From Dimargaris cristalligena (lineage: Eukaryota), in contig ML002270.1 in assembly GCA_003614675.1 (NCBI GenBank), positions 1 through 52,821 on the forward strand: a stretch of DNA of 52,821 bases. The letters run 5' to 3'. The position numbers and the translations under genes are program-made. Each line of letters starts with the position of its first letter. Position 1 is the stretch's first letter. A model generated the notes under the pieces. It made no database searches. It was not told the origin of the DNA and saw only the letters and a list, made by a program, of their open reading frames with translations. Of this stretch, positions 22,882 to 35,438 are shown one piece after another.

Positions 22882-23478
22882 ACCCGCACCATTGTGGATT
22901 TCCTGCATTTGTTTTATTTTATTTTATTTTTCGGGGACGTTGTTTAGGGTCACCTGGGAATTCTATTTCTTACCCGAAAGACTTTTATAAAACAGGTCAA
23001 GGCGAGTGCCACCCACTACCACGCTTTCAGATTATTTGGAAGGGTAGCGCCACTGGCTATCCCAGAGATACCGGCAATGTGGGAAGGTGAACTGGGAACC
23101 ATTGATTTGCAATGTAACAGGGCCAGCCACTGATGCCGAGGAGGATGGGTTCCCTGAAAGTTTACATGCAAATTATTATTAGGAAAAGTTTGCCTGGTTT
23201 ATTCGGGGTGACCATTGCCTTCAACTGCATCGTAATCTAATGAATGATTGGAATTTTTAAATAAAGCAATGTCATCTAGGCATTTTTATATGGTATGCAT
23301 TTTTTCACTAGGGCGGTGTTTGTTAGAGGGAGTTATTTTGCGAGGGTTTCAGAAATAAACAGGCATGATAGACATGCGAGATGTATTTTTAAGACGGAAT
23401 AGGAGTGCCAAAGGGGGGAGCTGAGGCGAGGATATCCCAGGCTCTGGGGTCAGTGGCATACGGTATATGGTGATTATT

Positions 23479-23509
23479 GGGATTTGGGATTTGGGATCAG
23501 GGATCAGGG
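23479..23509 (+). repeat. 7-nt-period G-tract repeat (putative G-quadruplex)
   Basis: GGGATTTGGGATTTGGGATCAGGGATCAGGG has five GGG tracts with 4-nt spacers. Confidence 0.75.
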
Positions 23510-25971
23510 AGGTAGCCGGGAGTGGGCTTATTAGGATATAGAAATAAAGGAGAGGGAGAGAGAGGGGGGAATCCCCCCATTTGGCCAAGGCAGGTGTCAT
23601 GCGGAGGGCATTACAGTGTGGGAGTTGGTGGATCGTGGGCTCTTGGTACATTGGCCAGTGAATTAGGGGCGACGATCATTGCCAACTTTGGGTGGAGAAT
23701 ACCCTCGTTGTCTAGCGAAGGGATATATGTCACACAGTCCAGGGTATTATTAGGGAATGGCCTGTATCTCTTTTCCAGGCCATAGCAGGATTTGGGGTTG
23801 GTTCGCATTATAGGGCCAGCACCATGTGCCAGGGGGCTGAAAATGGCCTATGGCGGGGTTTCAATGGCCGCCCGACGACTACCCCTGCAGTGGGAAACGA
23901 AGGACGGGCGTGTCCGTTTGACAGTAGGGGGGGAGGAGGTTGCACCGGGGCCGTCGGAGTTGGGCAGTGTACCACACCCACCCGCGATGGGGCTACTGGA
24001 CTAGCTTAAAGGGATGATGATGATGATGATTCAGGTCAAGGGATTGCTGGGGTCGCGAATAGACGCCCCTCTCCCGGAGGATCTAGAACTCACCAATCCG
24101 TCCATCTAATATAGTTTAACCTCAGAAGAACCGACTGGCGCAGGTTCCCTATGATCCATCGGACGATGTTTTATATTGGGTTTAATGAGGTCGGGATGTT
24201 CGTTTGTCCCCGCTCTCCCGGGGGGAGCAAGGAGGAGGAGGAGGAGGATTGCTGGCAACAACAGTGCACATGAACCCTGCGCTAAACGAGGCTTTAAACG
24301 GGATATAGGATAGGTGGGTGGGCCAGGGGTGGTGTAGAATGATGAGCAAGCAGAGAAGCACCGGCTGGAGCTATTATTGGATAACGGGAGCAGAAGCCTA
24401 TTGGTCTTGTCTTTGGTTAAAGGAGAGAGAAAGAGAGAGAGAGTGTGTGTGAGGAAGATATAATACATATGAATGGAGCAGAGGGGGCTGAATTAAGCGG
24501 TGACAGGCGTTTATTTACTACACCAGTGTGAGCGAGAGGGTATTTCAAGGTTATAAAGACCAGAGGTAGCCTAATATACAGGAGTGAAGGGGGAAATGAA
24601 TCCACGTAACGCTCTGCCGCACAGTGCCAAAATCTGGGAGCACCCACAGCCAACGCCGAGTGCACTCTGCTGCGATTCACCACGCCCCACCGGATTCGCT
24701 TTTTTGCAGTGTCGACGATGCGCCTATTATTTCCTCATAATATATACTTAGTCGGCCTGATATAATATTAATAGAGCTAGCTGCTTTGGAAGCCATTGGA
24801 CAAAATACGCTTCTTTTTGCCATAGGTGGAGCTGATATAACCTCCGTCGCTGGCGTCGTTCCGAACTACTCTCTTTTCCTTATCTTTAGTTGCGCCGGTT
24901 CCTGATGCTAGTTTGATTTATATTATTTCCTTTGCACTTAATATTCTTATTGTTCCTATTATTCCTATTGCTCTTTATTACTATTACTATTCCTGTTTTA
25001 TTACTGGTCCTACTGACTCCCCGGTGAGGCCATATAGTCTTATATACTACTGGCCGGTAATATCGCGAACCGCCCCCCAAGCCGTATTCGTCACCTTCTT
25101 CCGGTCGTCCCTCTTCGAATCCGCTTTCGCTTCGTTGGTACGGGCTCGTCGCCCATCATCTCCCCTACTCCACTCCACTACCCCGCACTAGCCCCAGCCC
25201 CTTGTGGACTCCGAGGCTACTCTGTCCATACACTTCATTCACTCCTTTCTACTCCCATTGCCTACTCTATCCTCGCCTTTGTGTCCCACCTTCGACGTTG
25301 TTTTTTTCGTTCTTCGTATTGTCCTTTCTGAACCGTCACTCCGCTTCGTTTTGTCCCTCCGCCCCACCGGTTTCGCCCGGAACTCAGCCGCCGCCAGCTT
25401 GGACCTTCCTAGGGAGGCGCCTTCCTCCGACCCAACTCTGACTTGTTGCCTTTGCGTATTTATTCGTGTTTGCGTCTGCGGTGCCAGCTGGGCTCGTCGT
25501 TATTTTCTCCGCTCAACGACCTGCCCCCGCCGTATTGATATTAATGATATTTACCTGCCGACCTGGGCAAATATAGCTGCAGCCTGAGTTACCTTGAAGC
25601 CTTTACCAGCGCCATTTTTTTCATTTCCCTTTTTTTTCAGTAACCCACGGCTGACTGTACTTTATTTGTCCCTTGGGCGGTTGTTCTCTGGATTATTGTT
25701 ACGCTATCATACCACTGCCCCCTCTTCACGGTTTATTAGCTTACTTAGTAACTTATTTTTCAATACATTTATATTTCGCTTCTTTGGCTTTGTTTTCTTC
25801 AAGAAAAAGAGAAAATTGAGCTTAAATCCTTAATTATTGCAGGGTCTGGCCCACTGATGCCCACAACCATATTCCCGTATCCGCCCGACCGGTGCCCCCC
25901 ATTAATAACCCTCTAACCCTCGCCAACCATAACTAGTTACGCCAGTAATTAAGTATATACATACAGTAGAC

Positions 25972-28131
25972 ATGCCCCTCTACCAAAGCCAACCGCATCA
26001 AGCGTCGTATTCGTCGACCCAGTCATTGGGCACCTATTACGCCAATGACCTGTCGCCCAGCGAAAAATCCACCTTCAGCCTGACCGGTTCCCCCAACAGC
26101 CCTGCTCCACCCGCAAAGTCCAAATGGGGGGTTTTCGCCAACCCGGCCTCCCGGCCCCCGCCGCCCACCACCAACTCGTCGCGTCCCAGCAAGGTGCGTC
26201 AGCTGTTCCATCGCAACAAGCCGCCCAAGACCTTCACCTACAAGGGTATCAGCAGTGCCGACTATTTCGCCGCCCACCCCGACATCCAAGAGGAGGAACC
26301 CCGGGTCTCCACCCCCCCGACTCCATCGGCCATTGTGGCCCAGCCCGTCCCTACCCCGCCGCCCAGCGAAGCCACCGACTCCCCCCGCGAGTTTCCCATC
26401 CCCCCTCACCCGCGCGACTGTGTGGCCCCTCCACCCGCCCTGACCCGCACCCGCAGCAGCACCCAGCCCTCCATGGCCACTCCCCCCATTTCCCCCCGGT
26501 TGCCGCCCCCCAGTGCCGGTCTTTTACGCACTCCCGAGCCGGCTGACCCGTCCGTCATCACCCTGCGGAAGCGGGTCCCCTTAAGCAGTCTGCCGGCCCC
26601 CGTGCTCCACTCCAATCAGCCCCTCCTCCGCAAACCCATTGCCGCCGCCCCCCGCGCCACCCGTAATATTGACCTGACCGAAGCTTTGCCCGACACCGCC
26701 CCGTCTCCGAGGGGCTCCATGTTCCCCGACCATATTCTCACCCTGCCTTCGACTACTCCCGGCGAACCCCGTCGTATCATGTCCGTGCTGCGCCGGGTCG
26801 GGTCCGTGAAGGAATTGGTCTCCCCCAGCAAGGGTCCCGTGGCCCCGCTGGCCATTGATACCGACTGCAAACCCCCCTCCATCCCCGTCCAACGTCGACC
26901 CACATCGGTCACTAACCCCTTCGCCTCCGCTCTTTCGAGCCCGTCGCCTAGTCCCAACTCCACCCCGGATGATATCACTCGGTCCAGTAGCTCCCTTAAC
27001 CCGCCCCATCCCGCTGCCCCGCTGCCCGCCGGCTTCAAAGAGGGCGACGACATTCCCCTCTCCGCCCTGTGGAGCATGATGAATGTGGCCCGGTCCCACA
27101 TTAATATCCTGCCCAAGAGTCCTATGCGCCTGCCCCGTTCCCCGCGCTCCTCCACCGAATCCTACCGGTCCAGCCACCTGAACATGTCCTCATCCAGTCT
27201 CCACACCCCGCCCGCCAATCTTCTCGGTAAATCTTCATCCGCCTTGATGGTGGGAAGACATACCAAATCCCCCTCCTACTCTTCTACACCGCCCACCGCG
27301 GGCTCCAGGGGAGGTGGCCCTCCACCTAATTTGACCGGCCGCTCACGGCTCATCCCACCCTCCGAGCCCACTACCTCTGTCTCTACTTTGGCCAATCATA
27401 CTCCCGTTCTCGGACCAGTCACCACTCCTTTAACTCCAGCGACTTCCCCACCGCCGACCCAGCTACGTACTCCCGGGCCCCAGTCTTTCACCACGGCGAC
27501 TTCCCGTCGGCGGGCCCAATCCCGCCCGGTACCACCGCCTCTTAATCTGCCGCCTCATCCCACCGATCTAGACTACCCCCTCTCATCCACGGTAGCCCCC
27601 GGTCCGCAGTCCGCTCCTCTGGTGCCCCCGTTTCAGGGAGGGGGATATCCCTCACGGATGGCCGCTGGGTTACCGCCGAACCCCCAGGTGGTGTGCGGCA
27701 TCCAGGAGCCCGCTGATTCCACCCGGACTCTGTCCAACTCCACGTCCCATCAAAATACTTCCCCGTCGGCCACCATCCCCCCGTCCTCTATGCAATCACC
27801 GACCCTTAGCGTACATAGCCGGCCGTCGCTGTCGTCTTCTATTTCTACCATGACCTACGTCGCTTCGCCCTCCCAACCGGCCCACCGGGATATTGGTGGT
27901 TCGGCATCTAGGCGCTCCCACACGCGGAGTCGCCCCACTTCGTCTGCGTCGTTTTCCTCCACCACCCAGTCGCCCCACAAACAACTGGTCCAATTTTCCG
28001 CCATGGACGATGATAGAATTCGGGATAATATTCGGATGCAGTTGCTCGACGAGACTACCTTTGACGCTATGCTGAAGAAATCCAAATTCACCCTGAAAGT
28101 TTCCCTAACCCCCCAGAGCTATGCTTCGTAA
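25972..28131 (+). CDS. Uncharacterised 719-aa Pro/Ser/Thr-rich disordered protein with a short ordered C-terminal motif
   Basis: Uninterrupted 2160-nt ORF with C-ending codon bias. C-terminus DDDRIRDNIRMQLLDETTFDAMLKKSKFTLKVSLTP. Preceded by about 1 kb of pyrimidine-rich leader-like sequence with an acceptor-like TTGCAG ending at 25842. Confidence 0.88.
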   Translation: MPLYQSQPHQASYSSTQSLGTYYANDLSPSEKSTFSLTGSPNSPAPPAKSKWGVFANPASRPPPPTTNSSRPSKVRQLFHRNKPPKTFTYKGISSADYFAAHPDIQEEEPRVSTPPTPSAIVAQPVPTPPPSEATDSPREFPIPPHPRDCVAPPPALTRTRSSTQPSMATPPISPRLPPPSAGLLRTPEPADPSVITLRKRVPLSSLPAPVLHSNQPLLRKPIAAAPRATRNIDLTEALPDTAPSPRGSMFPDHILTLPSTTPGEPRRIMSVLRRVGSVKELVSPSKGPVAPLAIDTDCKPPSIPVQRRPTSVTNPFASALSSPSPSPNSTPDDITRSSSSLNPPHPAAPLPAGFKEGDDIPLSALWSMMNVARSHINILPKSPMRLPRSPRSSTESYRSSHLNMSSSSLHTPPANLLGKSSSALMVGRHTKSPSYSSTPPTAGSRGGGPPPNLTGRSRLIPPSEPTTSVSTLANHTPVLGPVTTPLTPATSPPPTQLRTPGPQSFTTATSRRRAQSRPVPPPLNLPPHPTDLDYPLSSTVAPGPQSAPLVPPFQGGGYPSRMAAGLPPNPQVVCGIQEPADSTRTLSNSTSHQNTSPSATIPPSSMQSPTLSVHSRPSLSSSISTMTYVASPSQPAHRDIGGSASRRSHTRSRPTSSASFSSTTQSPHKQLVQFSAMDDDRIRDNIRMQLLDETTFDAMLKKSKFTLKVSLTPQSYAS

Positions 28132-28329
28132 TGCCCCTTCCCTTACTCGCATCCAACCCCCCTTACTTCATTAATTCTACCTTCTCCTAATGAGGGCTGT
28201 TCAGTATAATTATTATTGCCATTACCCGTTAATATATATTGTTTCTTAATTACCATAGTCTAATTTCTAATCCTTGCTTCGGTTTTGATGGGGTAGTTTA
28301 CGGCCATATCAACTATCTATTCATCATGT

Positions 28330-28978
28330 TTAGTTAAGGGCATTCCTCCATTGCTTTTTCATATTCCAATTTTTGTTTTCAAAATACTCCTAGGATACTG
28401 GTCTTGGATGTCTGTTACTGAGCCGGCTGCCGCCTTCTTTAGCAGGACCTCGATATCCAGTGGTTCCCTTATTTATATCCCACCAGTGTATACTTCTCCG
28501 CCCTTGATCCGCCATTCCATTGTCTTTTGAGATTTTGGCGCATCTCAATTTAATGCTTGTTGCCGTTTCCTACCGCTGTTATCGCCTAAGTCCTTTGCAC
28601 ATTTTTCATACTTCCTTCAATTTATTATTCGTTTTTTTTTTGGACTTATGACTCAGACAGTATTCATAATCCGATTGCTTCCCTGTCCACCTCTTCTTCT
28701 TTTTTGCGTTGGTATGCCATCATCTCCTCCCGTACCTCCTTTACTGGCCCATCCTTCCTCATTCACTCACTTATCCTATTTTGGCGACTTTTAGTAGTTA
28801 AGATATCATTCGGTGGAACATCCCATTCCCAAGTTGTTAGCGCCGAACGAATTCCCTCTAAAGCTTCCGTATTCCTCTCGGGGTTTAGTAACCCTCCTTC
28901 CTCCCATTTTGAATATAAATATACATAGCAATGCACTCCCCTATCCACTTCTATAGCTCCACACCTAATTATAAACAT
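28330..28978 (-). pseudogene. Degenerate coding remnant, possibly a decayed retroelement fragment
   Basis: Purine-rich minus strand. The 71-aa ORF (...EALEGIRSALTTWEWDVPPNDILTTKSRQNRISE*) continues in frame as MRKDGPVKEVREEMMAYQRKKEEEVDREAIGL*ILSES*VQKKTNNKLKEV*KMCK, then in a shifted frame as TMEWRIKGGEVYTGGI*IREPLDIEVLLKKAAAG. No diagnostic domain recognised. Confidence 0.3.
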
Positions 28979-31900
28979 TATTTCTTCCCTTGTTGACGAA
29001 AAGGGGTGTTATTCATTTTTGTTATTTACACTATAACTTTATAAAATTTTGAAACATAATGTTTCCTGGCTTTTAAACAAAACAGGAAACACAGATGGCT
29101 CTAAATATTAACATGCTGGATTCGAATTATACAAAACTAAGCGGGGCCGAACAGCGTAGGGGTGGAGTGATGATTGTACAGGTGGAATGTATTGAATGGG
29201 TTGGCCGGGTGCTACAACACCCTGGCCACCCCCTGACTAGCCTCATTGGAAGTTGACAGCGAAACTTTGGTTTATAGAGGCTGCCCCGGGAACCCTGCCA
29301 TTGGATGGGCGTACGCGCTTGTGAACGACGTGGGGTAGATGGAATGGGCTGACTTGGGTTATCGAGGCGAGACTCATGAGAGTGAGCGATATGGTAATGA
29401 GACCAAGTGAAATCATAGTGACGGTAGGAAAAACATATAGGTGTATGACTACTATATCACTAACAATAGCTACAGACAGTAGGGGGGGGGGGCACAGGTT
29501 GAAACGACAAAGGGTGCGGGGATGGAATGCGGAGTAGAGATAATTACAAAATGGATACAGTCAAGCAATCCGAGGAGGTTTAAAATAGACAATACAGATA
29601 CCAGAAATAATTAGAAATGACTGAAATAATAGACTAGGTTGCCCGTAATCGGTGATACTCTCCAGCTGCTTTTATATGAGTCGAGCGACCGAGCCATTAT
29701 CTTATATTTAGGCTCTGTTTCAGCGGTCAGGTCAACTATATTTACACCCTTCATTACCACAATGCACTCCGCCCACCACTACAGTCCGCCCTCTTCGATC
29801 TGCGCAATCGGTCGCCGCCCATCGGCCCATTATCGACGTATTTTGGGGTATATAAATAATCGACCGAAGTTTACTAAGGACTATCGTAGACTAGTCCCAC
29901 CGACTATCTACAAGTGTCCCTCAACTAATGTGAAATATATTCAGATTGGCGCTGTCCCTTCGCCGCTGCCTTCAATTTGGGGGAAGGAGTTTGCAACCCC
30001 AGCTCCCTCTCCCCTATGTTTCGAAATGTAAAGTAAAAGTGGAGAATGGGTGAAAAAGATTAAATGGTAGGTCCGATTTCCCGCGAATCTCCCAGATGGG
30101 CAGATTCCGGCGGCGGCAGTCAAGTAATTCACTACTATAAACCTTCCGGATATTCCCCCGAAAATCGGAGGATATAAGTTAGTTAGCAGCTGTAATGGGT
30201 GATGAGCTTTGCAAAAAGTCCATTACTCGATTTTGACGAAGACAATCATGAGTGGAGGTGAAGAACCTACTACCGTATCCCATATACGATTGCCCTTTTC
30301 AAACAGTCGGTGGATTACCTTCATCAATGATCATGGATTAAAAGTGCTCCCTCGTAATCGACGGTGCGAAGATATAGGTACACAGTGGACAGGTCGGCAC
30401 AATTAATGACCATGCCAATGATTATTTGATAATGAGGCATCTAAAGGGACCGGGGAGGGCGTTTGAAAGGGCGATAAAGATAGTGGGCATGGGATCCAAA
30501 ATACAATAACCCAGGGCCCAGCCCTACCTAACGTCCTTGTGGGTGGTCAGTACTGGATTTATAGAATACTGTTGGGATATCTATTCATTTCTAGGCTATA
30601 GCTGGCGCGGTATGGTTCGGTTGAGAACATCCCTGATTTGCCGATTGCAAGCGCTGACCATAAGCTTAGGTACCCCGATCTTCTTAGCACGCTTCTAGTC
30701 AATGGAAATAGCTTGTAGCGAAGCCCATGGAAGCGCCAATAGGGCCAAGAGGACCACCAATGGGTCGACCGCAGAAAGTTCAGCCGCCTCATTAGGGCAA
30801 CAGCGGTTAGGTTTTAATCCGCGAGATGCCGTATCCTAATCTGTCGCTAACGGAGCAGCTATCCGTCAGTTATTCGGTCAGGGGAAAATAAATTGGGGCG
30901 TTAGGGTTGACTGGCGGTAAGTCCCGATCAAACGATAAGCGACATTGTTCGGCTTTGTGCAACTCCCCATCCACATGTTCGGAATCTCCCAACCCAAACA
31001 CCATCTACGCCGGTTCTCATCATATGATCGGGCGAGGGTAGTTTTCGGTGATTGAAATTTGGCATCTCATTTTCTTTCCCAGCCAATCGGATGGGGGGTT
31101 TAGGCCGGCCTTTCGCTTGAATAGTATTCCGAAAAATATCAGGGAGGGATACTAACTTGGTTAGCAAAGGCTGGACCGCTGTACGCAACTCATTGTCTGG
31201 TATAGGGACTTCTCGAAGACATGTGCTCCTATTAGCCATTTCGGTCATCTGTCCATATTACGAATCATATCTGAAAGTGTTAAGTGAAGCCAGACGGCTG
31301 TCTCTTGAAACAAACTAAATTGTCAAAGTCGGGAGAAAATGATACATAGTCAAGCTACTGTGGAATCAAACTTGTGATGTCTACGACCATAATCACGCGA
31401 CCCATTTGATAATGGAAAGGGGGGGTGGTGAAAGGGAAACCAGGAGATGTGCACACCTAAATATATCTGTGCTACCTTTTTTAGGGTCAGAAACTAACTC
31501 TTGGGATTATGGTTTTGGAATGGGGGAGGGTGAGGGGCATCGTCCCAAAAGGTTAAATTGAACGGGGAGCTGACGGCCCACTGGGCCAGAAACCCAGGCT
31601 AATGAAGCCGAGCACGTTCCTTGGCCAATTCTCCGGCAAATCGATGAACAGCTATTCAACAAAAAGAGGCACGGCCCTCCTGTGTGGCTCCCCGACAGGG
31701 CAGCCTTATCGATGGAATGATAAAGGTGAAATATCAAGCGCTCGCTATACTATTATTTAAAAATAAGTCATATATATTATATTGGGAGAGAATCTTTAAG
31801 CACTTATAGAAAGATACACAGCCTATTATTTCCAGACAAATTTTACCAATAATTATGGCCCAGTGGATGATATGTATTTTAGAGCTATGAGTTGTTTTAA

Positions 31901-34900
31901 TAGTCCGAAATAAGTGACTGTCCTGCCGACTGGCAGGGTAAAAAACTATAACGGCCAGTGTGGTTCCCGCCCTGGCCTAATTTTGTAATGCAGTCATAGC
32001 TGGGACCTGCATAGTAGGAAAAAAGGTGTATTTTCAGTATAGCGATTAATGGATTCTTCGACATATTTCAGGCAATACATCACAAAAAGGTGTCGTTTTT
32101 TCGGACTTAGACTGCTTCTTAAGGACATTTACGCTAAAGCGGGTGTCCCACGGCGTTATCTATTTTTTATTAGATTAGGTGCTAGCCTACCTAATTCAGA
32201 TATTCGGCAAGGTAATACGTACATGTCAAACTGCTGGTACACAAGGGCCAATTTCAGCGGAGCTACGGAGGTAGCTGATTAATCACACCACAATTACTTT
32301 GCCGCTGTACCATCCAACAGGCCCCTGTCGCGTAATATTTCCCCCGAACTGGCATGTTCGTTTTCGTCTTGAAGAATTGGGAGAGACAGAAGATATGACT
32401 AACAAAATAGGGTAAGGGGGGGCATACTTTTAATGGACCACTTGATGGTAAATGAACGACCTGTTTAGTCGATATTACTGAACGGCCCGATCCCCCCTGC
32501 TTTAAATACTTCGGGTCACACAGTACCTACGTCTAGAAGATGTACTAGGATGGCAGTAGGGTAAAGGTCTAGGTCAGTATCTATGAAAAGACACGGAAAG
32601 CCCGGGCTATTATCAGCAATCGACGAGCACGCCATGTACTCGAATGGTCAGAACGAACCCAGGCTGGCGCTGGCGAATTAAAAACAGTAGCGGAGAAGCG
32701 CGTGGGCCAGCAATGTTTGTGCCTCTACAAACTAGTGCGTTATGTCATCCTCTATCTATGTACTTGGTTGTATTTGGGCAAAAGCTATGCTCCTAGTACA
32801 TCTCATGATCTTGCTTCAGGGTGATTTTCCTAACCACCTCCCTGCGTAACCCAAACATCGCTTTCCATAGGCTTGCTAAATGGTTAAACACGCGCATCCC
32901 CCTTCTAGAGTCTGATTGTGACCATTTGTTGATCAGCCTTGGGGCCGAATAGGTATTGAGTGACAAGGCATACCACTTCAATAAAAAGGGACTTGCTTAA
33001 CCGGCCCTCCTTTGACCATACTTATGAAACTGTCCCCCTGTTATCGGCCGATCGGCGCAATTTCGCCAGCCGACTGTCTCGTTTAGGAAACTCCTACCCT
33101 ATTAGCAGCCTTGGTTTTCAACCTTTGAGTGATATTCACCGTATTAATGTATTGGTCTGACTTGAGCCGTCCCATTGTGACATCTGGAAGTCCAATTAAT
33201 GGACCCCTTATGCAACCTATTTAACGTAGGCTGTATTTAATAAGCACACGATGTTCTTCTTTAGAGCTAACTGTACATGTACATTTTCTATTGTTGATAG
33301 GGTGGTCTAATGCAACCTAAGTTTTCGAGGGAAAATTCCAGTCGATGATATTACGCTTATTTTGGTATAATACCCCTGTGGGAGCCAAACTAGTAGTTGC
33401 GGAAAATGGAATCTTTCGGGGGAGGCGTCAATGTCCCACCCCTACATTCAAACGACGTTTTCCATCCCCTCCTCCCCCACGCGCTCATTTAGTCCGTTTA
33501 ATTATTATAGTCTTAATAGGTGACTTATGGCCATGGTAGAGGGATGGGGTAGGGTACCATGGCATTAGACAGTCCTATCGTACCCATCATTAAAAAAATA
33601 TATATATCGATGTCATAGTATTAGACGACACCCTATGAATTGGGAGATAAGTTTCCCCCTGGACGATAAGCATCAGTAAAGGAAGTCTCTAATTCAGCCT
33701 CTGTCCGACCATTCCGCTCATCACCTGGTCTAAAAGATGCCACGGCTGGGAAGGCACGGATATACCTTCGATTCACCGGCGCGTGTACCTGTGTTAATGA
33801 GAGCTTGCCTGAAAGGGCAAGTGGGCGTCGAAAAAGAGGACAGGTTATATTGCATTGGGGCGAGTGAGTTTGACTTTAAGCCCACGTCCACCCCCACACA
33901 TGATACGGTAGTAAACAAACCCAATAAACAGCCCAAAGGGAAGGGCGCGAAAATCATAAATGCAAGTAGGATAAATGAGGCATAATACAATAACGAGCAC
34001 GCCTTGCCAACTTGGCTAAATGTTACCATCATGTCCTACTTACCCACGCACCAACCAGCCGCTATTTAGGGAGGGGAGAGAAAAGCTGTGCAGTGAAGGT
34101 AGTTTACAGCTTTAAAGTAATGGTCACAGTCGTGGTTCTGACATGTGAGTGGAGTGGTGGCTGAGGAGGGCTGTGGGTCAGTGTCCCTTGGCCATCAATG
34201 ATTGTAATAATGGGAGGCCAGTTTGAATGACTGACAATAAGAAAGGCTCGCACGAGTCCATTGATGCTAATGGTGTGCAAGGTGGCCGCATTGACTCTCT
34301 TGGCTGTGCGAACCACCACTCCCTCAATTTATGGACATGTCCCCTTCGGTGTTGGCCCAATCTAGCCTACAGTTCGTGGGGGAACTGTTACTTAGTAGCA
34401 ACCAGGTTTGTTCTGGGAGCCATTCAGTCCACCGATTCAGATGAGATTATTGGCGAGTCGGGCCTGCTATACCAATGGAAGGGGGGAGGACGGCCTTAAG
34501 CCATTGTATTGGAAGTAACGAAAGGGGATGGTCAATAAAGGCGGGGAAACGCAGGCGAAGGAAAGGGCGGGGATGGGTGAGACGAAAAGGAAAGGTACGA
34601 GATTGAAGCACAGCTTCGTCGGCGGTTAAATCAAGTGTAGGACAGCTCTGCCTTCTACCTTACCAAGTACGCCAATTTACAAGTGCAGGTCAGACAATAG
34701 GGTGCGTATAGTGTCTACCACACAGCGGACTGCTTCTCTGGCCTGTGGCAGGCTGGGCAGCTGATGTCGGCGTGTGTTACCCATACGTTGATAAACATCC
34801 CTCTACCATACAAATGGTGGTGGTTTAAATAAAGTGCCGTTTTATAATCTATGCGGGTTATTTCAGCCGCTAGTCTTTCGAAACCTCCGGTTGCTGTACA

Positions 34901-35149
34901 TTGACTGAATTGCACTATTCGAGCAGGGCCCCCCCCCCCTTTGGGCATCAGCCCATTTCCAACAGGGTAGGGCAATAGGAATCTAAACAAGAAAGGGGGC
35001 AGCCGCGGTGGCAGGTAAATGAATAGGGGGGAAAGGTAGGTTAACGATCAGCTACACTCTTGAGGCAGAGTTTGCCACCCGTTCCCTTTCCATATGCTAT
35101 ACTCAGCCGGCATCTACCCCACCCCCCCCTGATTTCCCAACCCTGCGGG

Positions 35150-35157
35150 TATATAAA
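35150..35157 (+). promoter_or_regulatory. Candidate TATA box of the MFS transporter gene
   Basis: TATATAAA about 290 nt upstream of the ATG at 35439, which has the context CCGCCGCCATG. Confidence 0.5.
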
Positions 35158-35438
35158 GCATGCGAGTAGGTGGCCCCAAAGAACAGTAATAACCAGTGTG
35201 ACTTCTCCAACTCGGCATGAACTGACTCACGCATTTCTGGGACGGCTTGAATTCAGTGATTGGATTCATACACTCCCATTTATTTACCGAATTCCTAACC
35301 CTGTTGATTTCGGCTCATTTGATTTACCTATTCTACGGTTTGGGATATCTCTGCTATTGTTATCGGTTACGAGGGACATCACCGCCCTCCTCTTATTTCA
35401 CCCTACTTCTAGTGTCTGGCTAATCGACCACCGCCGCC

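Noticed and set aside
29167..29236. Possible C/D-box snoRNA (GTGATGA ... CTGA) with an internal hairpin at 29202-29228
   Set aside because: The terminal stem is weak, the would-be guide is sequestered in the hairpin, and I recognised no rRNA complementarity.
29639..34990. Short ORFs of 60-130 aa in the second gene-poor interval
   Set aside because: No recognisable domains, no codon bias like the real genes, and no consistent exon chain could be built.
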